Below, one piece after another: positions 38,832 to 48,889 of a DNA stretch of 64,000 nucleotides; within the stretch, counting starts at the first letter, position 1, and each line of letters starts with the position of its first letter. The translations under genes were made by a program, and so were the position numbers. The stretch is from the sequence record SRR22947727_793, one strand, 5' to 3'. The notes under the pieces are model-generated. The model was not told the origin of the DNA and searched no databases. It saw nothing but the letters and a program-made list of their open reading frames with translations.

Positions 38832-39338
38832 TCACTTTGCGCTGATACTCACATTGATTGGAATTTGATCGCCGATACGATAGTTGTTGTAGGTATAACT
38901 TTTGCCGCGAATACCGTTCCACTCATAGGTAATGCGGTAGTTTTTTATATGCGACTGCTCAGTACTAACCTGAACGAGATTACATTGCTGCTCTGACCTA
39001 TACCCCACGATAACCCGCTTTGTCTGCTGGCCCTGATCTGCCGCCATCAGGCCCCCGATCACGGCGCCGGCTGCAGCGCCCCTGTCTTTTCCAGAAACGG
39101 TTCCACCCAGAAGACCTCCGATAATCATACCACCCAAAACATCGCTTGAGCTGGCGCCTCTGGTTTGCGAGGTTCCATAGATTGGCACCTCCACATTCTG
39201 ACAGCGGCGCTGCGGTTCCGATATTGTTTTTGTCTGGTAATTCGGCTTGATCTTAATAACCGTTGCATAGCTTTCAGCGCTCAAAAACGCCGGACTTAAC
39301 GTTGCAAGCAAAGCCGCACCCAATATATTGTTCATCAT
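38832..39338 (-). CDS. Secreted glycine-zipper 2TM protein (YcfJ-like)
   Basis: Signal peptide; GGMIIGGLLGG...GAAAGAVIGG; two Cys; YRITYEWNG. Confidence 0.8.
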   Translation of the reverse strand: MMNNILGAALLATLSPAFLSAESYATVIKIKPNYQTKTISEPQRRCQNVEVPIYGTSQTRGASSSDVLGGMIIGGLLGGTVSGKDRGAAAGAVIGGLMAADQGQQTKRVIVGYRSEQQCNLVQVSTEQSHIKNYRITYEWNGIRGKSYTYNNYRIGDQIPINVSISAK

Positions 39339-39472
39339 AATCTCCAATCTTGTTTCTGATTGATGACAGAAAACAATAAAAGATCATGTTATCCAAAAAC
39401 CGCCATTTGTTATTGAATAACGCGGCGAATTTGGTCAACTTTAGCAGACCCTACACGCTAAGGATGTTTGCT

Positions 39473-39766
39473 ATGACCAAAATGATTATCTCAGCTTTGG
39501 CTTTTTGGATCTGTATAGGTGGATCCGCAGCGCTTGCATCAGGCGAATGCTATTACCTATATAAAGCCAAAAAAACCGCCCCGCTTCAACTGCATTTGGG
39601 GATGATAAAAATTAATGATACCTGTAGCTCAGGGCCGCACCAAACGCAGCTGTCGGACAGGCTAGCGCAAAACGGTTGGAAATTGATGCAGATAGTCAAA
39701 CAATATCCTGAAATTGACGGAGTGAAGTTCAAAAATGATTTGGGTGAGTTCTTTCTTAAATATTAA
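39473..39766 (+). CDS. Small secreted hypothetical protein
   Basis: Signal peptide ending AALA; CYYLYKAK...LHLG; two mature Cys. Confidence 0.65.
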   Translation: MTKMIISALAFWICIGGSAALASGECYYLYKAKKTAPLQLHLGMIKINDTCSSGPHQTQLSDRLAQNGWKLMQIVKQYPEIDGVKFKNDLGEFFLKY

Positions 39767-40427
39767 GCCGCAAACCCTTATCCTTTGGGGCGCCGCGATC
39801 ATATTACTTTTGATAATCAGCGCGTTGGCCCTGATAATATGGTCGGTACCAGATCCACGCGTTTTCAATGAAAATATTGAGAAGGTTTTTTTGGAAAATG
39901 ATTTTTCAACCCAAACAGAAATCAAACTGCTGGAAGTTTTAGCCTCATCGGGCAGCCTTTTTGAAAGTTCGATCAGCCTCTATTCAAGCATTATTTTCAC
40001 GCTGGTTATCATCACAATTTCTATGATGGTGATAAGTTTTGGCTCTTTGATGTCCAACATACATCTGCGGCAGCAATTCGTTGCGCTGAAAAACAGCGCA
40101 CTGCAGGTGAATGGGATCGAACTGAGCCGAGCCGAAAATTCGGTAAAAATAAATGGCGATTGGCTGCACTTAACCAAAGGTAGCATGGAAACGTTAAGCG
40201 TGCTTTTAGAAGCGACATTAGACGGTGATTTTCTATCCGGCTTAGATGTTGAAATTTTGGTTTCGGGGAAAAATGCCGCCAATTGTGAGGATGCCGCGGG
40301 CGTGATGCGGATCAAAAGGCTGCGCGACAATATCGGAAATCAGATTGTCGCGCAGCATCTCATTCAAAATATTCCGGGCAAAGGCTACCAAATCAAAGTG
40401 TCCAAAAATAATATTGTGATCAACTGA
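39735..40427 (+). CDS. Membrane-anchored protein with a C-terminal OmpR-type winged-helix domain
   Basis: Two TM segments, then RIKRLRDNIG...IQNIPGKGY. Confidence 0.75.
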   Translation: MIWVSSFLNIKPQTLILWGAAIILLLIISALALIIWSVPDPRVFNENIEKVFLENDFSTQTEIKLLEVLASSGSLFESSISLYSSIIFTLVIITISMMVISFGSLMSNIHLRQQFVALKNSALQVNGIELSRAENSVKINGDWLHLTKGSMETLSVLLEATLDGDFLSGLDVEILVSGKNAANCEDAAGVMRIKRLRDNIGNQIVAQHLIQNIPGKGYQIKVSKNNIVIN

Positions 40428-40629
40428 CGTACCTGCTGGCAGATGTTTGACTTTAGACGCCGGTAAATAACACTCGCCCTCAGACGGGATATATCAGTTC
40501 ATTTTGAATGAATTTAAGGGTGAGGCATCTGGATCAGCAAAGCTGCAAGACATACAGATTGTCATCAAAGGCGCAGATCATAGATTTTTTAACGCATCTT
40601 TCAAAGCGCGCTTCCAAATACCAGAGTGA

Positions 40630-41514
40630 TCAAAGGCAGGCCAATGTCATCTCCTGCGCAAATAAACGCATGCGCCGGTTCATCCGGCGCTTGTCTGAAC
40701 GGATCAGATAGATAAAAAATTCTGGCATACTAAACGCGGGCAAAATCGGAACAAGCGCACCCGTCTGCAAATTATCTTTCAAGATGAAATCGGGCAAATT
40801 GGCGATGCCCTGGCCTTGAAGCGCCACATGCAACAAAAAATCTCCGCTATTGCTGTTCAACGCTGGCGTAAACTCAATCGGATATGTTTTGCGCGTGGCC
40901 GTAGAAATCAATGGCCATCTTCCGCGCTTAGCGGCGCCAAAATGAAGCAGCTGATGCTCTTGCAAAGCCTGCAGATTATTTGGCTTGCCCCATTTGGCCA
41001 AATACGCAGCCGAAGCACAAATATGATGCCGCATAATTCCAATTTTCTCGGCAACAAGGGCTTGGTTCAATTGGGGTGTGATACGAATGGCAAAATCATA
41101 ATTATCCCGTTCAAGGTCAACCAGTTGATCGTCAAAATCGACCGTCAATTGAATTTCAGGATATTTCTCTATGAAGCCCATCAAAGCTTCTTTAAGAAAG
41201 GAGATCCCGAATTCCCGCGGCAAAGATACCGAAAGCGGCCCAGATATAGCCGCATGCGTGCTGCTGAAATCAGTTTCGATTTCTTCAAAATCATGAACCG
41301 CTCGCAAAGCCCTCTGGTATAATTCGCGGCCCGTTTCAGTCACGTTCCAGCGCCCCGGTGCACGATCAATCAACTTTGCTGAATAGCGGTCTTCCAAAAG
41401 GTGTAATCGCCGGCTGACCGCTGATTTTGCAATATTGAGCCGATCCGCTGCTTTTGAAATGCTGTGATTTTCGACAACCACCGTGAACAGACGCAAATCT
41501 TCCATTTGCCCCAT
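40630..41514 (-). CDS. LysR-family regulator (CrgA-like)
   Basis: SISKAADRLNIAKSAVSRR HTH; DLERDNYDFAIR; GQGIANLP. Confidence 0.93.
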   Translation of the reverse strand: MGQMEDLRLFTVVVENHSISKAADRLNIAKSAVSRRLHLLEDRYSAKLIDRAPGRWNVTETGRELYQRALRAVHDFEEIETDFSSTHAAISGPLSVSLPREFGISFLKEALMGFIEKYPEIQLTVDFDDQLVDLERDNYDFAIRITPQLNQALVAEKIGIMRHHICASAAYLAKWGKPNNLQALQEHQLLHFGAAKRGRWPLISTATRKTYPIEFTPALNSNSGDFLLHVALQGQGIANLPDFILKDNLQTGALVPILPAFSMPEFFIYLIRSDKRRMNRRMRLFAQEMTLACL

Positions 41515-41740
41515 TTTGTTCTCCTTTTTAGACCACCCTGCCCGTTTTTTAACACCTTATTCTTAATGTAAGAACATGGCAGATTTGGCACAACTTGCCA
41601 GTTTATATTGCCATTGATACAAAAACGGATCGGATAATATTTAGCCCTATAGGTTCTAAAATTTCGAACGGAATCGGCTAATATACTGAAAAAATTACTT
41701 TTATGATTGCCGATGAACCTAGAGAGACAGAAACACCCCA

Positions 41741-42481
41741 ATGACGCACTATTCCCCAAGCGCCGGTTACATGACTGAAACGATACAGCGGAGCTATATC
41801 GCTTATGCCATCACGCAAAACACGCTTCCCGCGCAAGCCCATCGTATGCCGCAGATTATTTCTTTGGTTGCCGCAGAAGATCGTTCAAAACCGATCCAAT
41901 TTTGGCAATTATTTTCCGTTATGGGCCAAAAGCGTATTCTGCGCATCGTCCATGATTTTTACCGCCGCGTCTATGAAGATGAGGCTTGGTTTCGCGATGT
42001 TTTCGCCCGTATTGGCGACGCAGCCCACCATGTCAGAACCCAATCAGCGATGTGGATTGATGTGATGGGTGGCGGCTTTCATTATCACGGGGCTGAGTTC
42101 AGGCTCAACTTTCATCATCAGCATAATGCTTTCCAGCTGATGACCAAAGAGGGCGCAGCACGCTGGACAAAACTGATGATTGAAACATTGCAGGCCTGCG
42201 ATGCGCAGATAAATTATGACCCACGCATTCGCCCGAGTATCAACACATTCTTGCAATATTTTATGTCTAAATATGCGGCTGAATTTGGCTTTCAGGCCAG
42301 TCATCTCTTTGGCCCAACAAACCCAGCAGTTAGGCGAAAAATAAATTTTATGAATATGACGGATACGGCAATTGAAGCCTTGTCTGATGCTGATCTAAAA
42401 GTGGGGCTGCTGGCGCGGGGGGTCGATTTGAGCAGCAGCGAAGAAAGACAGGCATTGATCAAGAAAGCCCAAAGCCTGTAA
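41741..42481 (+). CDS. Truncated-globin-like protein with N- and C-terminal extensions
   Basis: IVHDFYRRVYEDEAWFRDVF, HHVRTQ..MW..VMGG..HY, LNFHH, AARW. Confidence 0.65.
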   Translation: MTHYSPSAGYMTETIQRSYIAYAITQNTLPAQAHRMPQIISLVAAEDRSKPIQFWQLFSVMGQKRILRIVHDFYRRVYEDEAWFRDVFARIGDAAHHVRTQSAMWIDVMGGGFHYHGAEFRLNFHHQHNAFQLMTKEGAARWTKLMIETLQACDAQINYDPRIRPSINTFLQYFMSKYAAEFGFQASHLFGPTNPAVRRKINFMNMTDTAIEALSDADLKVGLLARGVDLSSSEERQALIKKAQSL

Positions 42482-42525
42482 CGCCCCGCCTCGTGACGGC
42501 GTTACCATATAAAAAGGATCTATAC

Positions 42526-43572
42526 ATGCGTAGGCAAAACCCGGATCGCTCGGTTGAAGAATCCCAAACCAATGCGGCTGCTCGGCGCGCCAAGGGGGAA
42601 TTTATGCGCGGTGTTAGCCAGTTCCGAAGCGCGCTGGGCAGTACCGCCTTTCCCGCTGAAGCGCACCGCTATCATCTTTACGTGGCGTTGAATTGCCCCT
42701 GGAGCCATCGCGTGACTTTGGCGCGCAATCTCTTAGGTCTGCAGCATAGCATCACGCTTGACGTGGCCTTTCCAAACCGCACCGATGAGGCTGACCCCGA
42801 GGGGCCAAACCACTGGCAATTCGCACCAGAGCGGATTGCCTCGATCAGCCAAGCTACGCTACCAGATTGCACGCAGGAAACCGCGACAGGGCAAAATTTT
42901 CGACTTCTTAAAAATATCTATGCCAAAGAAGGATCACTAGAACGCTCTGTACCCGTGCTTTATGACAAGCACAGTCAAAGCATCGTTTCGAACGAAAGCG
43001 CCGAGATTGTAAGAATGATGGGCCAGAACGCAGCCGCGCTGGGCAGTGGCCTTGCCGATGCAGAGCGCATCGATCTCTACCCTGCCGATCAAGGCTTAAG
43101 ATCCCAAATTGACGCGCTGAATGGCCATATTTACGACGCGGTCAATAATGGGGCTTACAAGGCAGGTTTCTCCTCTGATCAATCGGTCTATGAGGCGGCC
43201 TTTCATAAATATTTCAATATGCTGGAAGAGTTAAACGCGCTGTTGCAAGATGGCCGCGCCTACCTGACCGGTGAGGCGTTTACCGAAGCTGATTTAAGGC
43301 TATTCCCAACCCTATATCGCCACGACCCCGTCTATTATCTTCGCATGAAGCTGAATGGTGCGAAAATATTCCATTACCCAGATCTGTGGCGATGGCTCTG
43401 CCGCGTTTATGCGCTGCCAGGAGTGGCAGAAAGCGGATCTTTGACGCATTGCCTGCAAGGCTATTTCGGGCGCTCATGGAATGGCGTCATCCCGCTTGGC
43501 CCCCGCCAGCCAAGGCCCTATCCAGAGGCCTATCATCATCCGGAACTGGCAAAGTCAGCCAAATCTAAATAG
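42526..43572 (+). CDS. Glutathionyl-hydroquinone reductase (YqjG/Xi-class GST)
   Basis: RYHLYVALNCPWSHR, SVPVLYD, IVSNESAEI, NNGAYKAGF, TEADLRLFPTL. Confidence 0.9.
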   Translation: MRRQNPDRSVEESQTNAAARRAKGEFMRGVSQFRSALGSTAFPAEAHRYHLYVALNCPWSHRVTLARNLLGLQHSITLDVAFPNRTDEADPEGPNHWQFAPERIASISQATLPDCTQETATGQNFRLLKNIYAKEGSLERSVPVLYDKHSQSIVSNESAEIVRMMGQNAAALGSGLADAERIDLYPADQGLRSQIDALNGHIYDAVNNGAYKAGFSSDQSVYEAAFHKYFNMLEELNALLQDGRAYLTGEAFTEADLRLFPTLYRHDPVYYLRMKLNGAKIFHYPDLWRWLCRVYALPGVAESGSLTHCLQGYFGRSWNGVIPLGPRQPRPYPEAYHHPELAKSAKSK

Positions 43573-43981
43573 AGCACAAGACAGCAGTGAAACCCACTGC
43601 CACCAGTACCGGCTTGGGCTTTTTCAGCCCCAAAAATCAAGATCCAACGCGCTGGGGCCAACTTATTTTTTCAGCAGGCAGCGCGTGATAAGATCTTATC
43701 AGCCATATTGGCGCGCGAGCGTGCAATAGTCCTCTGCGGCGATAGAATGACAGTTACGTTAGACGCGTAAGGAGCCTTTCCGTAAGATCATCAGGGCTGA
43801 CCAGCTTTGCCCGCCATGCTGCCAGTATAAGTAATTTCAAGAAGAACCCGAAACCCGTTGGCGCCCGCAGATCAAACTGGCTCTTTTATCGACCAATCAA
43901 GGAGATAAGCATTTGATTAGTTGCGATATATAGAGTTTTATTCCTCTTAAGCCCGCCGTTTGCAAAAGAACATTAACAGAT

Positions 43982-44998
43982 ATGAAACCAACCATCCTTT
44001 CCGCACCGCATCCACGGTCTTTAGAGCTGATCTTTACGGCAAAGCGCCTTGCACAACTGCGCGATAGCTATGAGGTGATCGAGGTTTCTGAAGATGAGAT
44101 TGCAAACCTTTCGCCACAAGTGCTCGCGCAGGTCCGTTATATCATCGGCCAACCCCCGCTTGACCATCTTCTGCTCGAGCAGCTGAAACAGCTGAAATGC
44201 ATTTTCAACGTTGAATCAAATTTGATGGATAACATGCCCTATGACACGCTATTTGAGCGCGGGATTCATGTTGTCACTACGGGTGCGGTTTTCGCGCAGC
44301 CTGTTGCCGAATTGGCCCTTGGCCTTGCGCTCGACCTCAGCCGACAAATTACCGCCGCGCATCAAGCCTTTGAGAACGGCACCGAAAAATGGGGGCTCGA
44401 AGGCAATCCGCAAGCAAAACTGTTGTTCAACAGCAGGGTTGGCATGATCGGATTTGGGGATCTGGGCAAGGCTTTGGCGACAATTTTGGCCGGTTTCAAA
44501 CCACAGATAAAAATATACGATCCTTGGCTTCCCAACTCTTTCTTATCGGGGATCGGCACGCCCAGCTCTTTAGAAGATATATTCGACAGCTCAGATATGA
44601 TCTTTGTGTTAGCTGCGGTCACGACTGAGAACCAACATTTTATAAACGCCGACCTTATCGCGCGCATGCCCCAAGGCAGCAGTTTGGTTTTGCTCAGCCG
44701 CGCCGAAGTGATTGATTTCCCTGCGCTGATCAACGCGGTTGAAAAGGGTCATATCACCGCCGCAAGCGATGTATGGCCGCTTGAACCTATGACCGCGGAT
44801 CATCCCGTGCGTCAGCTTCCCGGGTTTTTAAAATCTGCGCATCGCGCCGGCGCCTTGCAGCAATGTTTTGAAGATATGGGGGAAATGGTCTGGGAAGACT
44901 TGCAGCTTTTGGATCGGGGCCTTCCACCGCTGGTGTGCAAGCGCGCGCAACGGGAAACCGCAAGCAAAATGCAAAGCAAGCCCGTTTCGGAAAATTAA
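43982..44998 (+). CDS. D-2-hydroxyacid dehydrogenase family protein
   Basis: GMIGFGDLG, YDPW, SRA, DVWPLEP, SAHRAG. Confidence 0.85.
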   Translation: MKPTILSAPHPRSLELIFTAKRLAQLRDSYEVIEVSEDEIANLSPQVLAQVRYIIGQPPLDHLLLEQLKQLKCIFNVESNLMDNMPYDTLFERGIHVVTTGAVFAQPVAELALGLALDLSRQITAAHQAFENGTEKWGLEGNPQAKLLFNSRVGMIGFGDLGKALATILAGFKPQIKIYDPWLPNSFLSGIGTPSSLEDIFDSSDMIFVLAAVTTENQHFINADLIARMPQGSSLVLLSRAEVIDFPALINAVEKGHITAASDVWPLEPMTADHPVRQLPGFLKSAHRAGALQQCFEDMGEMVWEDLQLLDRGLPPLVCKRAQRETASKMQSKPVSEN

Positions 44999-45025
44999 CC
45001 TGATCGGGCCAAGAGTCCAGATTGT

Positions 45026-45676
45026 TTAGAGGCGCAGCTCGGCTTCAAAAGAGTTTCCCACTATTAGATCGGCAGATACGGAATTGTCTAACACCAATCG
45101 TGCATTTGGCAGGTCATTGGCCGTTACCTTTTCTTGCGCCGCTTCTTTTGATAGGTTCCCCCACCGCGCCAGCAGGCGCTGTTTAAGAATATCCATGGGT
45201 ACGTCAAGCATCGCAGTAAGATCAAAACAAGGGCGTAAATCTTGCCAACCGGGCTGATCCAACAGCAGATAATTGCCCTCAACCAAAATGATTTCAGTTT
45301 TGCGTGAAATAATTCGCGCTGAGGCAAGCGAGAGATCCAAATCGCGGTCAAAAAGCGGTACCGCGATATCGCTGCTAGCCTCTTTTACACGGCTCAGAAG
45401 ATTGGTTAACCCCTCTATGTTGAAGCTGGCGGGGGCGCCTTTGCGCGCCTGCAGCCCCAATGCGCTGAGCACCGCGTTATTGTAATGCCAGCCATCCATC
45501 GGGATGATTTGACATTGCGCATCGCGCTCTTGGTTGAACCGCGCACAGAGCGCATCGGTAAACGTTGACTTGCCAGAGCCTGGTGGCCCAGAAATGGCGA
45601 TAATCTTACGGTCTGCCGAGGTTAAGGTTTCAAGCTTGCGCCTGAAAAGGGTGAACGTTTCGTCACTCAGCAACAT
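45026..45676 (-). CDS. frcK: P-loop kinase of the fructose transport cluster
   Basis: GPPGSGKST, PMDGWH, RKGAP, VEGNYLL; downstream of frcA. Confidence 0.75.
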   Translation of the reverse strand: MLLSDETFTLFRRKLETLTSADRKIIAISGPPGSGKSTFTDALCARFNQERDAQCQIIPMDGWHYNNAVLSALGLQARKGAPASFNIEGLTNLLSRVKEASSDIAVPLFDRDLDLSLASARIISRKTEIILVEGNYLLLDQPGWQDLRPCFDLTAMLDVPMDILKQRLLARWGNLSKEAAQEKVTANDLPNARLVLDNSVSADLIVGNSFEAELRL

Positions 45677-46442
45677 CGCCCGAGTCTTTTGGCTTCATCG
45701 CCCCGGTCATCATCGCCACAGCTTCTGACATTTCATATTCTTTGGGATCAATAACGCAGAGGCGCTTGCCCAATCGGTGGATATGGATGCGATCAGCCAC
45801 TTCAAACACATGCGGCATATTATGCGAAATCAAAACAATCGATATGCCGCGTTCGCGCACATCCTTAATCAAATCAAGCACCCGACGAGATTCTTTGACC
45901 CCAAGCGCCGCGGTAGGCTCATCCATGATAATCACCCGCGATCCAAATGCGGTGGCGCGCGCCACGGCGATGCCCTGGCGCTGCCCGCCCGACAGGGTTT
46001 CAACCGTCTGACCAATATTTTGGATCGTCAACAGGCCTAAATCCGCAAGCATTTGCTTGGATTGCCGCTCCATTTCGGCGTGGTCAAGCTTGCAAAAAAG
46101 CTTGCCCATCAAGCCTTTTCTGCGAATTTCACGGCCTAAAAACATATTATCTGAAATTGACAATGCAGGCGATAAGGCCAGGTTTTGATAGACCGTTTCA
46201 ATGCCCGCAGAACGCGCCTCAAGCGGGTTGCTGAAATGCATCTTTTTGGTTTCAAAATGGATGTCACCCGTGTCTAGTTGAATGGCGCCAGACAACGCTT
46301 TGATCAGCGTGGATTTTCCCGCGCCATTATCCCCGATAACGCCCAAAACCTCACCCGGATATAAATCAAAATCGCAATGATCCAGCGCAACCACCCGACC
46401 ATATCGCTTTACAGCGTTGCGCGCATATAAAATTGGTTCCAT
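45663..46442 (-). CDS. frcA: Sugar ABC transporter ATP-binding protein
   Basis: GDNGAGKS, LSGGQRQ, MDEPTAALG. Confidence 0.85.
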   Translation of the reverse strand: MEPILYARNAVKRYGRVVALDHCDFDLYPGEVLGVIGDNGAGKSTLIKALSGAIQLDTGDIHFETKKMHFSNPLEARSAGIETVYQNLALSPALSISDNMFLGREIRRKGLMGKLFCKLDHAEMERQSKQMLADLGLLTIQNIGQTVETLSGGQRQGIAVARATAFGSRVIIMDEPTAALGVKESRRVLDLIKDVRERGISIVLISHNMPHVFEVADRIHIHRLGKRLCVIDPKEYEMSEAVAMMTGAMKPKDSGDVAE

Positions 46443-47500
46443 CAGACCGCCACCTTTCTGATCCATTGATCAAGCGCAACCGCCACGATGATCAACAATC
46501 CAATCAACAAATAGGTCCATTGCGGATCCGTACCAATCATTCTGAGCCCTAAGGAAAAGACGCCAACAATCAAGGCGCCGCAAAGCGCGCCTAAAATCGA
46601 ACCTCTTCCCCCGAACAAGGAAATACCCCCGATCACCACCGCGGTGATCGCCTCAATATTCGCGAACTGACCCGATGTTGGAGAGACAGAACCGATCCGC
46701 CCCACCAAGACCCACCCGGCCGTGGCGCAAATAAACCCCGACAGCATATAGACAGAGATCAAAACCCGTTTGGTTCGAACACCTGACAATTCCGCAGCAT
46801 CCGGATCATCTCCCACAGCATAAACATGCCGCCCCCAAGCCGTATGGCGCAGCACATAGGCCAAAATGATCGCCAGCACGATCATCAAAATCACGCCATA
46901 GGTAAATACTGCGCCATAAATTTTAAACTTGTTGCCCATGAATTGGAAAATCGGCGCGCGTTCGGCAATATCAGCGCCGCGGATCGTTTCATTGGCGGAA
47001 TAAATGAAATTCGACGCTAGAAAAATCTGCCATGTGCCCAAGGTTACGATAAAGGGAGGCAAACGCATGATTGCCACCAACACGCCGTTGATCGCCCCCA
47101 TTAAAGTGCCCGCCGCCAAGCCACAAATCAGAGAGATTTCCGGCGGTAACCCGTAGCGAAACGTAAATTGCCCCATGATCACCGATGAAAAAACCATGAT
47201 CGCGCCAACAGAAAGATCAATACCAGCGGTCAAAATCACCAAAGATTGGGCAAGCGCAACGATGCCAACAATCGCAACCTGTTGTAAAATCAATGTCAGC
47301 GCGAAAGGGGAAAAGAACTTACCGCCAAGCAGTAACCCAAAGATTGCCAGAGAACAGAGCAAAACCACCAATGGAACCGCAGCCGGCGTTTGCCTCAGCC
47401 ATAAGCGAACCCTATCAGACAACGTTTCTTCTTCGATAAACGCCGAAACTTCCTCTGCAGTGGGATCTAGCCCAAGGCCTTTTTCTTCGCTGATTGACAC
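46442..47500 (-). CDS. frcC: Sugar ABC transporter permease
   Basis: AGIDLSVG, PPFIVTLG, AVVIGGISLFGGRG. Confidence 0.85.
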   Translation of the reverse strand: MSISEEKGLGLDPTAEEVSAFIEEETLSDRVRLWLRQTPAAVPLVVLLCSLAIFGLLLGGKFFSPFALTLILQQVAIVGIVALAQSLVILTAGIDLSVGAIMVFSSVIMGQFTFRYGLPPEISLICGLAAGTLMGAINGVLVAIMRLPPFIVTLGTWQIFLASNFIYSANETIRGADIAERAPIFQFMGNKFKIYGAVFTYGVILMIVLAIILAYVLRHTAWGRHVYAVGDDPDAAELSGVRTKRVLISVYMLSGFICATAGWVLVGRIGSVSPTSGQFANIEAITAVVIGGISLFGGRGSILGALCGALIVGVFSLGLRMIGTDPQWTYLLIGLLIIVAVALDQWIRKVAV

Positions 47501-47628
47501 CGCTTTGCCCCCGAATTGCCATTTTGGTTATGGCATAATTTTATTAAGCCATGGACGATGCACGCACCGCCCATGGCAAAGTTTACAAAGATATCGCTAA
47601 AGATCCAGCTTTGATGTTTCTAGCGATC

Positions 47629-48666
47629 TTATCCCCAGCACAGATCTGTGCCCTTAGCCGTGTCGATCGAATCAACACCGGCAGCAGGCTTATCGGTCAC
47701 CAAAGATACCCCGGTATCAAAAAAGTTCTTACCCGGAGTTGGAGAGGGCTTGGATCCATCATCGGCCCATTGTTTAATCGCTTCAACACCCAATGAGGCC
47801 ATCAACAATGGATATTGCTGCGAGGTGGCGCCAATGACACCGGCTTTAACATCCGCAATACCCGGGCAACCGCCATCGACAGACACGATCAAAACATCGT
47901 TTTCACGGCCAATCGCTTTTAGCGCCTCATAGGCACCGGATGCGGCTGGTTCGTTGATCGTATAGACAACATTGATCATCGGATCCTTTGCCAATAGGTT
48001 TTCCATGGCTTTGCGGCCACCTTCTTCATTGCCGGCTGTTACATCATTGCCAACGATCCGGCTATCAGTTTCATCCCCCCATTTATTGGGGTCACCCAAA
48101 TCGATTCCGAAACCTTGCAAGAAACCTTGATCGCGCAAAACGCCAACAGAAGGCTGGCTCACAGCCAGGTCCAACATACCGATTTTGGCATTTGCCGCAT
48201 CAGCACCTAAAGCCGCAGCGGCCCATTTGCCGATCAATTCACCGGCTAGGAAGTTATCCGTTGCAAAAGTCGCATCCGCCGCATCCATTGGCTCAAGCGG
48301 TGTGTCCAGCGCAATAACCAGCAAACCAGCGTCACGCGCCTGCGCCACGGGGCCCACGATGGCTTTGGTGTCCGAGGCTGTGATCAAAATACCTTTTGCG
48401 CCATCAGCGATACAGGTTTCAATCGCCGCCACTTGGCTTTGGTGATCCCCATCAATTTTACCGGCATAGGATTTTAAAGTAATGCCAAGCTCTTCGGCTT
48501 TTGCGGTGGCACCTTCTTTCATCTTCACAAAAAACGGGTTCGTATCCGTTTTGGTGATCAGGCAAGCCGAAATACCATGCCCGCCTGCAAAGGCGACGCT
48601 AGAGGCCAAGGCTAATGCAGAGGCGGCACACGCGGTTTTAAGCGCTTTGTTCAATGTGTGTTTCAT
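47629..48666 (-). CDS. frcB: Fructose/ribose/mannose ABC transporter substrate-binding protein
   Basis: [42 protein letters not shown] end. Confidence 0.88.
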   Translation of the reverse strand: MKHTLNKALKTACAASALALASSVAFAGGHGISACLITKTDTNPFFVKMKEGATAKAEELGITLKSYAGKIDGDHQSQVAAIETCIADGAKGILITASDTKAIVGPVAQARDAGLLVIALDTPLEPMDAADATFATDNFLAGELIGKWAAAALGADAANAKIGMLDLAVSQPSVGVLRDQGFLQGFGIDLGDPNKWGDETDSRIVGNDVTAGNEEGGRKAMENLLAKDPMINVVYTINEPAASGAYEALKAIGRENDVLIVSVDGGCPGIADVKAGVIGATSQQYPLLMASLGVEAIKQWADDGSKPSPTPGKNFFDTGVSLVTDKPAAGVDSIDTAKGTDLCWG

Positions 48667-48794
48667 ACTTTTCTCCCAAAAATATTATCAGACCCCATGG
48701 ATCACCCCATATGAATGATTTACTCCATAAGACCGACAGATCAGACCTTCCAATCTGATGTAAAAGGACAATGATTCTGACGGACTGTCAATAA

Positions 48795-48813
48795 TTAAAT
48801 CACTCTTATTTAA
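48795..48813. promoter_or_regulatory. Probable ROK-family operator
   Basis: TTAAAT-N7-ATTTAA inverted repeat between frcB and frcR. Confidence 0.5.
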
Positions 48814-48889
48814 GTTTAAAAATTGCAGTTCGAGAAACAAAGCTTTAAGAATAATATATAGAGATAAAGGGATTGGTTGCTTAAGAAAA

